A stretch of DNA of 62,513 nucleotides, the filler included, from Porpidia crustulata (lineage: Eukaryota), in the NCBI GenBank assembly GCA_964255105.1. It is 5 parts of 5 records of this genome, joined end to end, with 100 filler letters (N's around TTAATTAATTAA, not from the genome) between each part and the next. Parts side by side here need not be neighbours in the genome. Positions count along the whole stretch, not along the records: positions 1 to 12,445 come from CAXUWE010000535.1; positions 12,546 to 24,978 come from CAXUWE010000536.1; positions 25,079 to 37,495 come from CAXUWE010000537.1; 2 more parts are not named here. One strand, written 5' to 3'. A model generated the notes under the pieces. It ran no database searches. It was given only the letters and a program-made list of their open reading frames with translations, and was not told the origin of the DNA. Of this stretch, positions 11,894 to 25,105 are shown piece by piece. Position 1 is the first letter of the stretch. Each line of letters starts with the position of its first letter. The position numbers were made by a program, and so were the translations under genes.

Positions 11894-12445
11894 TAGCTAC
11901 GTGATCGTGCTGTGCGGTCCATCAAGAGTATATCGTGTGCGTCTTTTCCTATTGATTTGTCCGGCGTCCGATTGGACTGTGAAAACCATGGAATATTGTG
12001 CATCAGGTAGTCGTCCTGAAGAGCTCCGGGGTAATATAGAGGAAGAGGATGTCGATACAGAGGATAAAAATCTAGAGCTTCGAGCTCTTTGAACAAGTGC
12101 TATCGTTAAACGGTGCCCTTTTCTCTGCATCGCGAGTCGGTATATCTTCGAAGCCATCGGAGATGAAACTTTCGTCGCCTGAAAAATTCCTACAGCATGA
12201 GACCAAAAAAATACTAGTCAGCATCTTTGAACCCCCTGCATCCCCATCAGAAGCATCTCCCAAAAATAAAGAAGAGTTTTAGAATTTGGTACCTACCACC
12301 CCCTCTCCGCGCCACCACTCAAATGCTCACAGCTTCCATTCATCACACAATCCCACCCTTCACCCACACCCTTGCGCCTCCAGCCAACGTCCGGCAATTC
12401 CATCCCACTTTTCCTCACTGTGTTCTGCGCCCCTTCTTGCCTCCG

Positions 12446-12545
12446 NNNNNNNNNNNNNNNNNNNNNNNNNNNNNNNNNNNNNNNNNNNNTTAATTAATTA
12501 ANNNNNNNNNNNNNNNNNNNNNNNNNNNNNNNNNNNNNNNNNNNN
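12446..12545. other. Artificial contig-joining linker (N44-TTAATTAATTAA-N44)
   Basis: 100-nt spacer with stop codons in all six frames, identical at four positions. Confidence 0.98.
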
Positions 12546-12719
12546 GGGCGAAGAAGGACATTCATAGCGAGCATTGGACCTACGACACAGGAATACCTGC
12601 GGGCCGAGTTTGGGTTCGAGGTGGATGTGTGCGCAGAAGCACCCAGTGCCGAGGGGGTGCGGAGCGGGGTGGAGTCGTACATGCACACCGAATTTGGTCC
12701 CACCGATGAACGGAAATGA
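12546..12719 (+). CDS. HEM4: Uroporphyrinogen-III synthase, 3' end only (truncated at contig start)
   Basis: The frame from the contig edge reads GRRRTFIASIGPTTQEYLRAEFGFEVDVCAEAPSAEGVRSGVESYM...K*. IGPTT and the A..PS.EG tail are UroIII synthase hallmarks. Not in the ORF track. Confidence 0.75.
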   Translation, partial: GRRRTFIASIGPTTQEYLRAEFGFEVDVCAEAPSAEGVRSGVESYMHTEFGPTDERK

Positions 12720-12993
12720 GGCAGAACGTACGTATTCCTCTTACAAATTTCCCGCTTGAAAGCCCGACAAACCAACTTCGCCCTCCGAAAACATCCAATT
12801 CCCCTAGACTGCCGCGGCCCGAAATGAAAGAAGTTAAGTCACATCATGCGCGCATAATCCATCTCAATGTTTCCATAAAATCCCCCGCCAAACCGCCGAA
12901 TAGATGAATTGAGAAAGCCAAGTCTATCGTCACCAGCCGACAGGTCCGATTATTCTAGAGGTATCCAAGGATCACGCTCCTCGGCGGGGTTTC

Positions 12994-14276
<1,283 letters not shown>

Positions 14277-16011
14277 AGTGGGTTCTGCGCTGCGGAAACA
14301 AGAATATCCACCCTGCGGAAGAAAGTCTGAGAGGACTGTGTAATTAGTGCTGGCGAACAGGAGCCTGTATAGCTACTGAGAAGCCGGAATGGGAAGAGGA
14401 AGCGTTCGAGGGGTAGGCTCCTATTCAAGATGTCAGCATTACATGAGTCACTCTTTGCATGAAAATGAGCGAAAGTCGATCAAACTCCGAGAACCAGAGT
14501 GATTAAGTAACAGCAAAACATCAATGCCAGCCAGATAATGCCCAGGCAATAGCATCAGGGAAGCTTGACAGGCGGCAGGGAGTACCATAAACTCGCGTCG
14601 CCAGTATACAGCGTCTCTCAGGACCTCTCGGCTTTTCACTCCATTCCAAGCTAGGGATATGACAAGAGTTCATACAATCTCCAAAGCGACGAAAATGGTA
14701 ACCAACCTTATTGTAGCAAAATATTGCCGATGATTCTGACTCTTGTAATTGGGGGTGCGAGACCGTATGCTAGCAATGCGTCGCAAATGTATTCCACCTC
14801 TTCGATCAGTTCAGCGGTGTACTTCACACTCGGTGCTTTGATGTAGCCGTTCCAGGTCGAGACGCACAACGAACATGGGAATATTGAGGTTCTTTGTTCC
14901 GCTTTCAGCTTGTCTCGGATTCCACGGTCGAAGGTTTGCAGTTAGACCGAGAGGGTTCTGATACAATTGACGTAGTATTTTGGACTCCTATTGGAGTGAC
15001 GTGCGGATTTGTTCTTAGGAGTCGTGGCTCAAAGATGGATTGGATTGCTGGAGAAAGGTCCTGACAGGTCCGATCAGATTAGTATATCTCAAACACCGAA
15101 CCTAGCAGTCTTCGTTCGCGGCGCCTTCGCATAAAACAATCGATGTGATGTGCACAGCCCAGTACCATGGGTGGTACCTGTTCGGGCTCACCCGCGCTTA
15201 GGTTCCTGCAGACGAAGGAGGGGAGACTTACCGAGTGTGTCGAGCGCTTCTAGATGCAGTGACGAGGGTAGGACATAAAGACGATCAGGTCAGTAGACAA
15301 TGATATATTTTTAGCTACCCGAGCATTGTTTCGAAGGAAGCAGGAGTGAGCTGTGTGACAGTTGACTCCATTGATATATCCCAAGTCCACTTAGGTAGTC
15401 CAGGGAGGGCGTTTGTCGAGTGACAATAGGAACCTAGTAGTAGTGGGGAATGCTGATGTTCCGCCAATAAGCAACGTGAATTAGCAATTGTGACTCTTAA
15501 GCGCCGACTACCTGATTTCTATACGAGACGCCGTCGTTGACTCCGATAGACTGCGGGAGCATTATCAGGACTATGTTTCGCCATGGATTCTACGAGTAAA
15601 TATCTAGATTGAAGTCACCGGTTCCGCCAGCAATAACGTGCATGCTATCGACAAGTAAAAGTTCTTCAACAGTCGTCAGGTTGTCGACCCTGCTTCCCTG
15701 CTATCGATAGGCGTGCCTAAGCAGCTAAGGTAAGGGACTGCCCGCCCGAAGCCCGTTGTTCGAAAGCAGCTGGTAGCGTAGCGCCAAGGAAGAGTCCAGG
15801 GACTATACACCATACTACTATAAGAGTTTTCCCATGGAAGCATCCAGTAGATATTCATACTTAGGGCTACGAAGTATCAAAGGGCATTCACTGGAATGCT
15901 TCTCGACTCCTTATAGATAGAGCGAGACAGTTTCGATTGCTAGGACCTGACGTCTAAGGCCTGGTCTTAGCAAGTAACTTTCTACGATAATACAATTCTT
16001 CCTAGCCTCGG

Positions 16012-19000
16012 TTACTGTACAACCTTGAGAGGAATTAGTACAGATCTTCTCAAACAAATGCTAGCGATTCATTACCTTTTCTCTCATCATGCCCAACCAT
16101 TGCTTCAAGCTCATGCCTTGATCTGCCCTGTCTTCCACCAACATTGTCTGCGCCCATAATCTCATTCCTGGTTCGCCATCTTCACGGACCACGTAGAGGT
16201 GAGGCACCACTATACTGCCCACGCCACGAGACCTATGGTCCCGGCTCTTCTCCACTACTGCTCTTATCCTTTCATTAAAGTCGTTGTCGAGTGCAGGCAA
16301 CGTTGTCTTGCCAACCTTCAATTGCGTTTTGTTTGGGACGCCAAAGACATCTTCGACAAGCTGTGGGACCGCGTCACGACCGACCCAAAGAAATTGCGTC
16401 TGACCGTCATCGATGAGATACAGGCCATATGGTACCATGTTCACAGAAGAGAGATTGATACCAGGTGGCATGACGATCTGACCAGTACTCTCATCCGACA
16501 AGCCAGCTGCATCGGGCATATCGTGCAGTGAGTAGAAGTGGGGGTAGACGTATTGTACAAGAAGGGGTAGAGGCAAAGTGGACAGCTGGCAGAGAGCAGC
16601 TGAACGCATGTCGCTGGGTATTTGAGCGGATTTTCGGAGGCCAATCTGACGGTTTGTTAGTCATGAATCTGGGGATTCAGCATCAAGGCTAACTCTGCTC
16701 ACATTTTTCATCAATCCTAAGAATAGGATAGGTAAACCTCTGAGATTGGTAGGGAACTGCAATCCACCACCACCCATATTACCACCGGCAAGCTCCTTCC
16801 GGTACGTGTGTAAGAGCTCAACAAGCTTGGACTGCAAGGCATCGCGGGCCGGTTCTAGGCCGCTTCCAAGGGCGCGTTCAACTGCTTTATGGCTGAAAAA
16901 GGTAGTAATAGCTCCTTGGTCTGCAGATGCATACATGTCTGCTAAGACTTGGGTGGTTGGCAGAGCCAGGTTCATCACTCTTATTCTCCTTTCACCGTTG
17001 CACGTGGTATGTAATACCGCACTTTGTAAGCAAACAACGTTTTTTGTCAGAGTCTCATCAATGGCAACCTCCACAACATAGCTTTGATCCCGAGGAAATG
17101 CTGGGAACGCACAGAGGTCTGAACTCCGGTTGAAGAAGTTGCCGTAGAAAGTGCTCATTCGGAGACCGGTTGTGGCCCGGACACGAAGCACTGCCTCAAG
17201 ACCGATTTCTGCCGAGAGATAGTCAGAGAATTCTCGCGCGAATTTGATCGCATCCTCGCTTCTTGCTGCATTCCAACCTGGGTAAAAGTATGTCTGACCA
17301 CCTGTATAGCGCGGCAAGTTGCTCAATGAAGCAACATCTTGGTATTGCGAAGAGAATAGGAACATGTCAATAGAAACTTGGTTCTTTGAACACTCGACAG
17401 CAAAGCTCTTGTAAAAACTGTTACCTGTTTGTAGAAGACTGCTTTCTTTGCTCGTCCCTAGGATTTTCTTGTCTTCTCGCATGTCAAGCTTCCCAACACC
17501 TATATTCGGAAGACTCGCAGTGAGCACTGTCAGCTTTCCTCCCACAGGAGAGATCAATTTGTGTCCGGCTCTTAAAGCAGGACCCATGCATGAACCACCG
17601 TTCTGTGTATTTTGGAACATCTCTTGAAGTTTTCCAAGGAAGCTCTCAATGTTCTCTCGGCATTCCGACAATGGTACCAAGAGATCAGCAGGCGTCGGCA
17701 AAAACGGCTCATCCAGATCGCTTACAACGAGCATTTGGGTCTCGGCGTTGCCGCTATCATCTCGCGGAACAGCGAAATAGTGAAGACTTGAATCGACCGC
17801 CATGAATCCGACTCTCGTCCTTCGGTCAGCGTTAGGTATACGATCTAGGCTCTCAAGGATACACCGAGAACCTGTTGCAAGCAATCCACTGGTGACTGAG
17901 GCATAGCTAACATCAAAGAGGAAAAGGTAGACTAATGGCTGTGGAGGTCGAACCATATACTCCTGGGGAGCAATGAACTCCACGACGGAGTGATTAAGCT
18001 CTGGACGTGACCATCTATCAACTTGCTTTTGTGAAGCCGCGTCCCAGTCAAATGCTTGAGGTACCTCGTTGGTAAGATTACACATATTGCACCTCCATCG
18101 GTGGCCCTGGTCTAGAAAGATTGCAAACGGGTTTATGTAGGCGCGACACCTACGGCATCTTGCAATGACCTGATCAGGAACGACAGGAACTGGGTCTTCA
18201 ATATCATGCAAAGACGTATATGGCTGAATGACTAGTGCAAAGGGTAACTTTGATTTTTTGAGCAAGGAATGGGTTGTCGGGACTGCATTCAGCGTTGAGC
18301 GGACATACTTTGATGGACAATTCGCGTGTGGTGAAGGGGTCACACTCGACTGAAGCATGTTAGCGATCGATGGACAATCTTCACCAATCCATCACTCACA
18401 TTGGGTGGTAAGATTATTGGTGGCGGCGGAAAGTCTAATTCAGCAACGCTGAAGGGTTGGTTTAGAAGGTCGGTAGGATATAATTGATTTAGTTGGGGAC
18501 GCTGCTGCGTTTGCTGAGGCGGCTGCTGAGCTTGACCACCCATGCCAAGATTGCTCATGCCCTGGGTAATTCCACCCATCCCAGGCGGGACAGGTGCGAC
18601 GCCAGGTGCAGGATATCCGGGCTCGGGCTGTTGATAGCCTCCTAGAGCTGGAGGAGGCTGTCCGTAACCCGGAGACATCGCTAAGGCTTGGGGACCCTGG
18701 TCGACACCGTACCCTGGTTGCTGGTAGCCTTGCTGGTGCGGCTGCTGAGTAGGAGCTCCATATTCTGCCCCAGGAGGGCCTGGGTAGCCTCCCCCAGGTT
18801 GTGGCTGTCCGCCGAGCGCTGAATTGGAACCAGCACCAAAATCGTAGGCCTGCCCTGCGTACTGTCGCTTCCTTCGAGCTGCTGCAGAGGTTGTTGGAGG
18901 ACCACCTTGTACTGGAGAAATGTTTTCCGGATATTGCCCTTCATCTACTCCGTACTGCTCTTGCTGAAACTGATCATGGGCAGGCTGGCCCTGGGCAGGG

Positions 19001-19023
19001 TATCCCTGTTGTGGGGCTGCCAT
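16012..19023 (-). CDS. SEC24: COPII coat subunit Sec24; exons 19023-18400, 18349-16703, 16645-16076, 16023-16012
   Basis: P/Q/G-rich N-terminus, zinc finger [12 protein letters not shown]...WRCNMC, trunk vWA domain, gelsolin-like C-terminus ending REKVVQ*. Confidence 0.95.
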
Positions 19024-19555
19024 CGCCTTTTACTCGATAGTCTTGACCCTTTTCCAAGAGCACTGGAAGAGGCCCTTGATATATACCTCTGCAACCAGGG
19101 TTTTCTTTCCGTTCCAGTCCCGTATGGGCTGAGCGTGCCTGTCTAAGACTCGGAGGTTTGTTTATTTTTGGAGGGCCTTCGGCGGTGGGACTGAGCGTCG
19201 GCGAACTTGGCAAATGTGAAGTTGATATACTAGCAGATTCCAGACGTAATTAAAACTTAGGGCATTCTGAAAGTGCCACGTTACCCACTGCCAGGACTTA
19301 ACAGAACATCAGGAAGGCATCCATATCAATTAATTTGATACCTACCTACCGTGCTGCCCTACGTGCCTAGCTCGCCTAGCGTGGTGGCTCACCCATACGC
19401 TACCGTTCTATTACATGCCCTTACCATACTGTCAACCACAGCTGAAGACCACTGGAGATTCCAACGCCCATTGTACCGCAGTGAATGAAAGCTGCGTCTT
19501 CACAACCATGGAGACGTAGAGTGTTTCAAACTTTCGCTGGCAAGGAAACTACAAG

Positions 19556-21157
19556 ATGGCAGCGCCGGTCACGGCTTTGCAACCCGTCAAATTACCTCCT
19601 GGTCCTTCAGCTCTTACGCCTGAGCAGACCTACTGGCGCACCTTCAAATCCCAGTTGCTAGCGTCTTCACCGTCTAGTAGTCCTATCACCCACATTTCTA
19701 AACCACTTTCCCCTTCGAACACGCTATCCCAGCCATCGGACTACTTTGCTGTCACCACCGGAGCTCGAGTCCAAATATTCTCCATCCGCACTCGAAGACT
19801 AGTCAAAACAATTTCACGATTCAGTGATATTGCTCACAGCGCCGAGATCCGACGTGATGGCCGAGTCATGGTTGTTGGAGATGAGGGCGGCATAATTCAG
19901 GTCTTCGATATTGGTTCCAGGAGCATCTTGAAAACATGGAAAGAGCACAAGCAACCAGTATGGATTACGAAGTTTTCGCCCAGCGATCCTACAGCTCTAA
20001 TGAGTGCGAGCGATGATAGGACAGTACGACTGTGGGATCTCCCTTCTGAAGAAAGTGTGATAACCTTAATTGGGCATCAGGACTACGTCAGGGCAGCAGC
20101 GTTTATGCCAGGGCAGGCTTCCAGTTTGTTGGTTTCAGGGAGCTACGATCAGACGGTGAAAATCTGGGATCCTCGCGCGCCATCGACCGCAGTCATGACT
20201 TTCAAACATTCAGCTCCTGTGGAAGACGTACTCCCAATGCCCTCGGGAACGAGCATCGTCGCCGCAGCAGACAACCTTATTTCCGTGCTGGACTTAGTCG
20301 CTGCTCGTCCTATACAATTATTACGGAACCACCAGAAGACCGTGACTTCATTATGCCTGGCTTCTAACAGTACTAGACTGGTCAGCGGCGGGTTGGATGG
20401 ACATGTGAAAATTTTCGAAACCACCGGATGGAATGTTATCGCTGGCTCCAAATACCCATCACCGATTCTCTGTCTCAATGTCATCAGTTCCGGCACTGCG
20501 CAGGAGGACAGACACCTGGCGGTCGGCATGCAATCGGGGATTCTGTCCATCAAAACCCGACTGTCAGGGCAACAAAAGGTCAAAGAGCGCGAACGCCAGA
20601 AAGAAATGGAAGCACTTATCGAAGGCAAAATCGACGACCATGACAAGAGAATCACCAAGAAACGAGGCAAAGGCTGGGAAAAGCGACTGCGAGGAAAATA
20701 TTTCACCGGCGAAGGCGCCGACAATATCATCGAAGGCAACGTCCGGGAAAAGCAAAAAAAACTCAAATCCTGGCAACTCCTCCTCCGCAAAGGAAAATAC
20801 GCCGCCGCCCTCGACGACGCCCTCGAAACAAACATCCTCTCAGACACCATCACCCTCCTCACCGCCCTGCGCCACCGCTCCGCCACGCGCACCGCCCTCG
20901 CCAACCGCGACGACGTCTCCCTCCAGCCCATCTTCAAGTTCGTCTGCACGCGCATCACCAACCCGCGCCACGTCCGCCTCTGCGTCGACCTCGGCCTGCT
21001 GATCCTCGACCTGTACGCCGCGCACGTGGGTGAGTCGCCGTGGATCGACCGGCTCATGGAGCGGCTGCATACGCGCGTCAGGCGGGAGGTGGAATTGGCG
21101 CAGAGGGCGCAGCAGACGGTGGGGATGCTGGAGTTTCTGGTTGATGGGGTGACGTGA
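19556..21157 (+). CDS. UTP15: U3 snoRNA-associated protein 15 (WD40 + UTP15 C-terminal domain)
   Basis: EQTYWRTFK N-terminus, WD repeats (SASDDRTVRLWD, SGSYDQTVKIWD), HQKTVTSL and a helical C-terminal domain (LRHRSATRTALANRDD). Intronless. Confidence 0.92.
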   Translation: MAAPVTALQPVKLPPGPSALTPEQTYWRTFKSQLLASSPSSSPITHISKPLSPSNTLSQPSDYFAVTTGARVQIFSIRTRRLVKTISRFSDIAHSAEIRRDGRVMVVGDEGGIIQVFDIGSRSILKTWKEHKQPVWITKFSPSDPTALMSASDDRTVRLWDLPSEESVITLIGHQDYVRAAAFMPGQASSLLVSGSYDQTVKIWDPRAPSTAVMTFKHSAPVEDVLPMPSGTSIVAAADNLISVLDLVAARPIQLLRNHQKTVTSLCLASNSTRLVSGGLDGHVKIFETTGWNVIAGSKYPSPILCLNVISSGTAQEDRHLAVGMQSGILSIKTRLSGQQKVKERERQKEMEALIEGKIDDHDKRITKKRGKGWEKRLRGKYFTGEGADNIIEGNVREKQKKLKSWQLLLRKGKYAAALDDALETNILSDTITLLTALRHRSATRTALANRDDVSLQPIFKFVCTRITNPRHVRLCVDLGLLILDLYAAHVGESPWIDRLMERLHTRVRREVELAQRAQQTVGMLEFLVDGVT

Positions 21158-21966
21158 AGTGATGGCTTTAGCGTTGTGATGGCGCATATCTGTCGGCTAA
21201 ATTGGCCTTGGATATCTAGGGCATGCTCGTGAGGTGTGTCTTGCCCTACGAAGGTCTGTACGGATCGTGTGGGATGCAGGAGGTATGAGTGAGAGGTCGC
21301 GAAGGGCTCCAAGCCATTGATACCGAGCGAGTTGCAGCTCACGCTGCCCGCGACGAAGGGACAGATACAGGATGCAGGTCCAAAGGCTAGGATGATCGCC
21401 CACCTTGCATTGGACGGGGACTAGAACCCCGCTTCATCGCGCTCGCTATGATGATACTGATGCCTCGCTAAGCTGATTCGACCCTTGGCTAGGAGCAGAG
21501 AGAAGCAGGGTTTGAGGTTCACGATGTGGTTCGCGGTGGGAAAGCTGATGAGGAGGGAGAGGTTGTGGGAGAGACGTGGTGAGACGGTACTTGTACATGG
21601 TAGGTTGATCACGTTTTATACCACTATCAGAGAATTGACGCGAATACCTACATTTCCGATTCTTTACTTCGTGATTCCCTTGACAAAACGCAACCTATTT
21701 CACATTAGCATCGCAAATCAGTGCAGCAAGAGCATTCCATTGATCGATCTAGATAGCTAGACAAGCCCTGAAGCCCTCAGCATCCCAATGACCCTATGCC
21801 AACTTTTCTCATCTAAAATAACATAACCGAATTGCTTCCTCTATCGAAATGCCATCGTGCCTCTTTGACTAATGAACCCAGCCGCAGCGACAAGTGCGTC
21901 CTTTTTAAAGTCAAGCACATTTCCGCACTAACAACCATGTCCACCGCCGAACGAGCCAACAACAAC

Positions 21967-22772
21967 CTAGATGTATGCAGAGGGAGTCACAATCGGCTGT
22001 CCGGGGTGGTGTTTCTCGGACGTAATGGCAGTCGGCTCGGCGTGGATATATTCAGACGTAGGCTCGGCGCTGAGAGTGTAGCCGTAGGTGGGACCCGGAG
22101 AACCAGCGGCGCGAGTGGCGATGGCACGACGCTTGATAACAGCCGGAGGTGAAGTGGACGTGGATGATGGCCCATCATTGGGGAGTGTGCACTGGAACCC
22201 ACCCTCAACCTCAGAACCATTGAGACCCACACTGCCGGCGATAGGCACAGTGAAGAAGTCGCAGACGGCGAAGTGGTTGCCCTGGAAGGTCGCGTTGAGC
22301 TGCGTAATGAAGATCTCGGTGTCGTACCACGCCACACGGTCCATGATGACTTGATTGGACTGCAAAGCCGGGAGAGCGGCGGCGTCACAGATGACTTGAC
22401 GGATGATGGTGACATTGTAGCCTAGGCTGGCGAGACGGGAGGTATTGTAGTGTTCGCACATGGAGTGAAGCTGCCCGAGGGTGTTTGCGGAGCCGACAAG
22501 CTGGGTCGCAAACAGATATGACGCATTGTTGATAACTTGCGTGAGAGCAAGCGGAAGATCGCGCTTGTGGAAAGCCGTGAACTCAGGAATCTCAGCTAGC
22601 AATTGGATTAGCTGGTTTCTTGAGGCGATAGCGAGGGGCAAATATCACCGTTCGTCAAGCCACGAGCTTCGACATTTTCAAGACCGGCTCCATTGGCAGG
22701 AGTGGCAGACACAAGGCTACCTAGTAGGAGAGCTACAAACCCGAAGGCCTGGAGAGGACCTTGGAACTTCAT
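21967..22772 (-). CDS. Secreted orphan protein with signal peptide and dibasic (Kex2-like) sites; exons 22772-22649, 22595-21967
   Basis: MKFQGPLQAFGFVALLLGSLVSA signal peptide. The intron gtgata...gctaat...tag restores frame into the 21967..22641 ORF. HKRD and IKRR sites, four Cys, S/T/P-rich tail. Confidence 0.7.
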
Positions 22773-24978
22773 TTTGAAATTTGGAATTTCTAACGTTTAG
22801 ATCAATCAGTCTCAGGCACTTTTTTGCATCAGAAGAACCTTCTCGCACCCGGGTACTGAAGATAGGAAGAAGGGCATGTTTAGGAAAGTGAGCAGAATCC
22901 ATGTGCAGAGAGAAAGCAAAGTCACAAACCCGTGGAGCACAGACAGAGAAATGGACAGCCGGATGACTCTCAAATGGATGCCAGTAAGTTCATCAAGATG
23001 ACAGGTGGAGCCATTACCCTTGACAGACTAAACAATCTCCAGAAAAGATTCAAGTCCACCACTTTGGAACGTTGGGAATCCGGGAACCGGATTAGGGCTC
23101 TCAAATCGGTGCTAGAAATTTTAAGCAGAGAGACGAGACATCATACAGAAATACTGCAGCTACAACATTGGAAGAAGCAGAGCAGAAACGCAGCTTTGCC
23201 ACGCAGAAACAAGGAAGGTCTAAAACAAAGAACAGTGTGCAAGTCTACGCCAACAGACTTGGCGACGATAATACCAATCGGAAGGGCTACATGGAAAACC
23301 CCTTGAGGTATTGCAACAAGCAATGCAGGTTTGCCAAGCAAAGGCATGAAGTATCGGCAAACGAGGCAATTACTAATGCTACGAGATCTGTTGATCGTAG
23401 GAGATAGAGACGCGACCGTATGGCCCATTGCCAGTGAAAGAAGGCCGCCTAGGGACTCAGAAAGATACCGTCATGAATTACTTACGGTCTTGATTTATGG
23501 ACTTTGTGGATGAAAACTGGGAAAACACATCTGTTAGCTATTAAGGTCATCAAGGTGGTGCAACAATTTTTGAAGGTGCAGCTAGGAAGAAAGCGTAGAG
23601 CTTCAAGATATCAAAGCAAAGCTGTATAGTGGCGTCCGTGGTGCTTTGGCTTGCTCATGGTGGTGCAGAAAAAGTGGCGAGCAGAATCGGTCGAGCTTTC
23701 GAAGAGCTCATAACCTCGCACATACCACCTTCAAAGGCCAGAACAACGCATTACATTTGTACGAGATTTCAACTGAAGGTGTACTTACTTGAGATTGAAC
23801 GCTGCTGTTGCAAGGTGCTTGTGAGCGAAGAGTTGAAAGAACGAAGGTCAATTCGGAATGAAAGAGTGAGGATTGAGGAAGGAAGAAACACAAAGGAAGA
23901 TGAAGACTGATTTTGATTGTGGGTAGCTAGCGTTAAATACAAGGAGTGTTTTCCATTCACATTCAGTGAATTTGATTTGAGATGTTCCGATGCCGGATCC
24001 ACGTGGTGTCGGCGGGAAGCAAGGTCATCAGTACCGGCTGTGCATTGAGAGGATGGACTGTGCGGCTTGAATAGAGATATATTGCCGGATGTGGAAGGAT
24101 GTCTTGAGACTTGCGTGAGTGGCTATAGGTGCGGATAGACTTCGCATTCTGTTGGAGACCGTTCAAGGGTATCCCGCTCGGTCGTTTTTATTTCACTACC
24201 ATACTGAAGTCCAAGAGCAGACTTGCCCATGTATATATTTGTAATATCCTCAACCTCCGTTCACCATGTATAGGTATCTAGTCATATGTGGACGATAGCT
24301 ACTCTAACCCCCTCGTAAAAGGACTTAGTGAATGAGGTTGGGTCAAGGTTTTCATGAGTCGACTGTCCAGGATTCGGGGGGGATCGAGTGCCCACAAATA
24401 ACCTACTTATCTGAGATCATTTGATAAAGTGCCGTGACTGGACTAGTCGAGGATTCAAGACACAACTGCGCATAGCTTGTACTAGCTACACCCAAGAATT
24501 CCCTCATCAACATTATAGAAGAACATTATAACCAGACAGCTACCAAACGAACGCCAGATCAGCCAAACTTACAGATTTGCAGAACCTAAAATAACTTCAG
24601 ATCAACGCAAAGACTTCGAAACACTCGGCGGCCGTCAATGAGACATCTGCTCCTCTCCCTTATTGCGAATAAAAGAAATAAAAAGCCAAAGCTACCACTT
24701 CCACGCGAGACGCATTAAAGCATAACAGCCAAGCTCCAACCATGCACAAGGAAGTCTTTACTTGCTTTCCAGTCGACTCGACTGAGGGCGTATAGCAAAG
24801 AGGTGATATGTCGAGGTATCTGATGATATGGGTTTGGATTATATGGTCACGCTCGACGCATCGACCCTTTCTTAACGGTAGACTGCATAAGTGCTGTCAA
24901 GTACGAAAGCCTTGCAGTTGCGTAGAAAGACTAGTAGTGATGCAGTAGGTACAGGACCCAAACCCCAGAGATAAATAT

Positions 24979-25078
24979 NNNNNNNNNNNNNNNNNNNNNN
25001 NNNNNNNNNNNNNNNNNNNNNNTTAATTAATTAANNNNNNNNNNNNNNNNNNNNNNNNNNNNNNNNNNNNNNNNNNNN
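24979..25078. other. Artificial contig-joining linker
   Basis: N44-TTAATTAATTAA-N44. Confidence 0.98.
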
Positions 25079-25105
25079 AGTGTGAGGGGTGAAAGAAAGA
25101 CTTAC

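Noticed and set aside
12490..12501. Recurrent TTAATTAATTAA palindrome
   Set aside because: Six-frame-stop linker flanked by Ns, not biological.
20149..21342. 397-aa antisense ORF over UTP15
   Set aside because: Shadow ORF caused by high GC3 in UTP15, with no domain-like content.
22795..22860. TPP riboswitch in the 5'UTR intron (GGGTGC...CTGAGA...TTGATC on the minus strand)
   Set aside because: Lacks the downstream P5 TAAT loop and GCG...GG of P4/P1, and the spacing does not fit.
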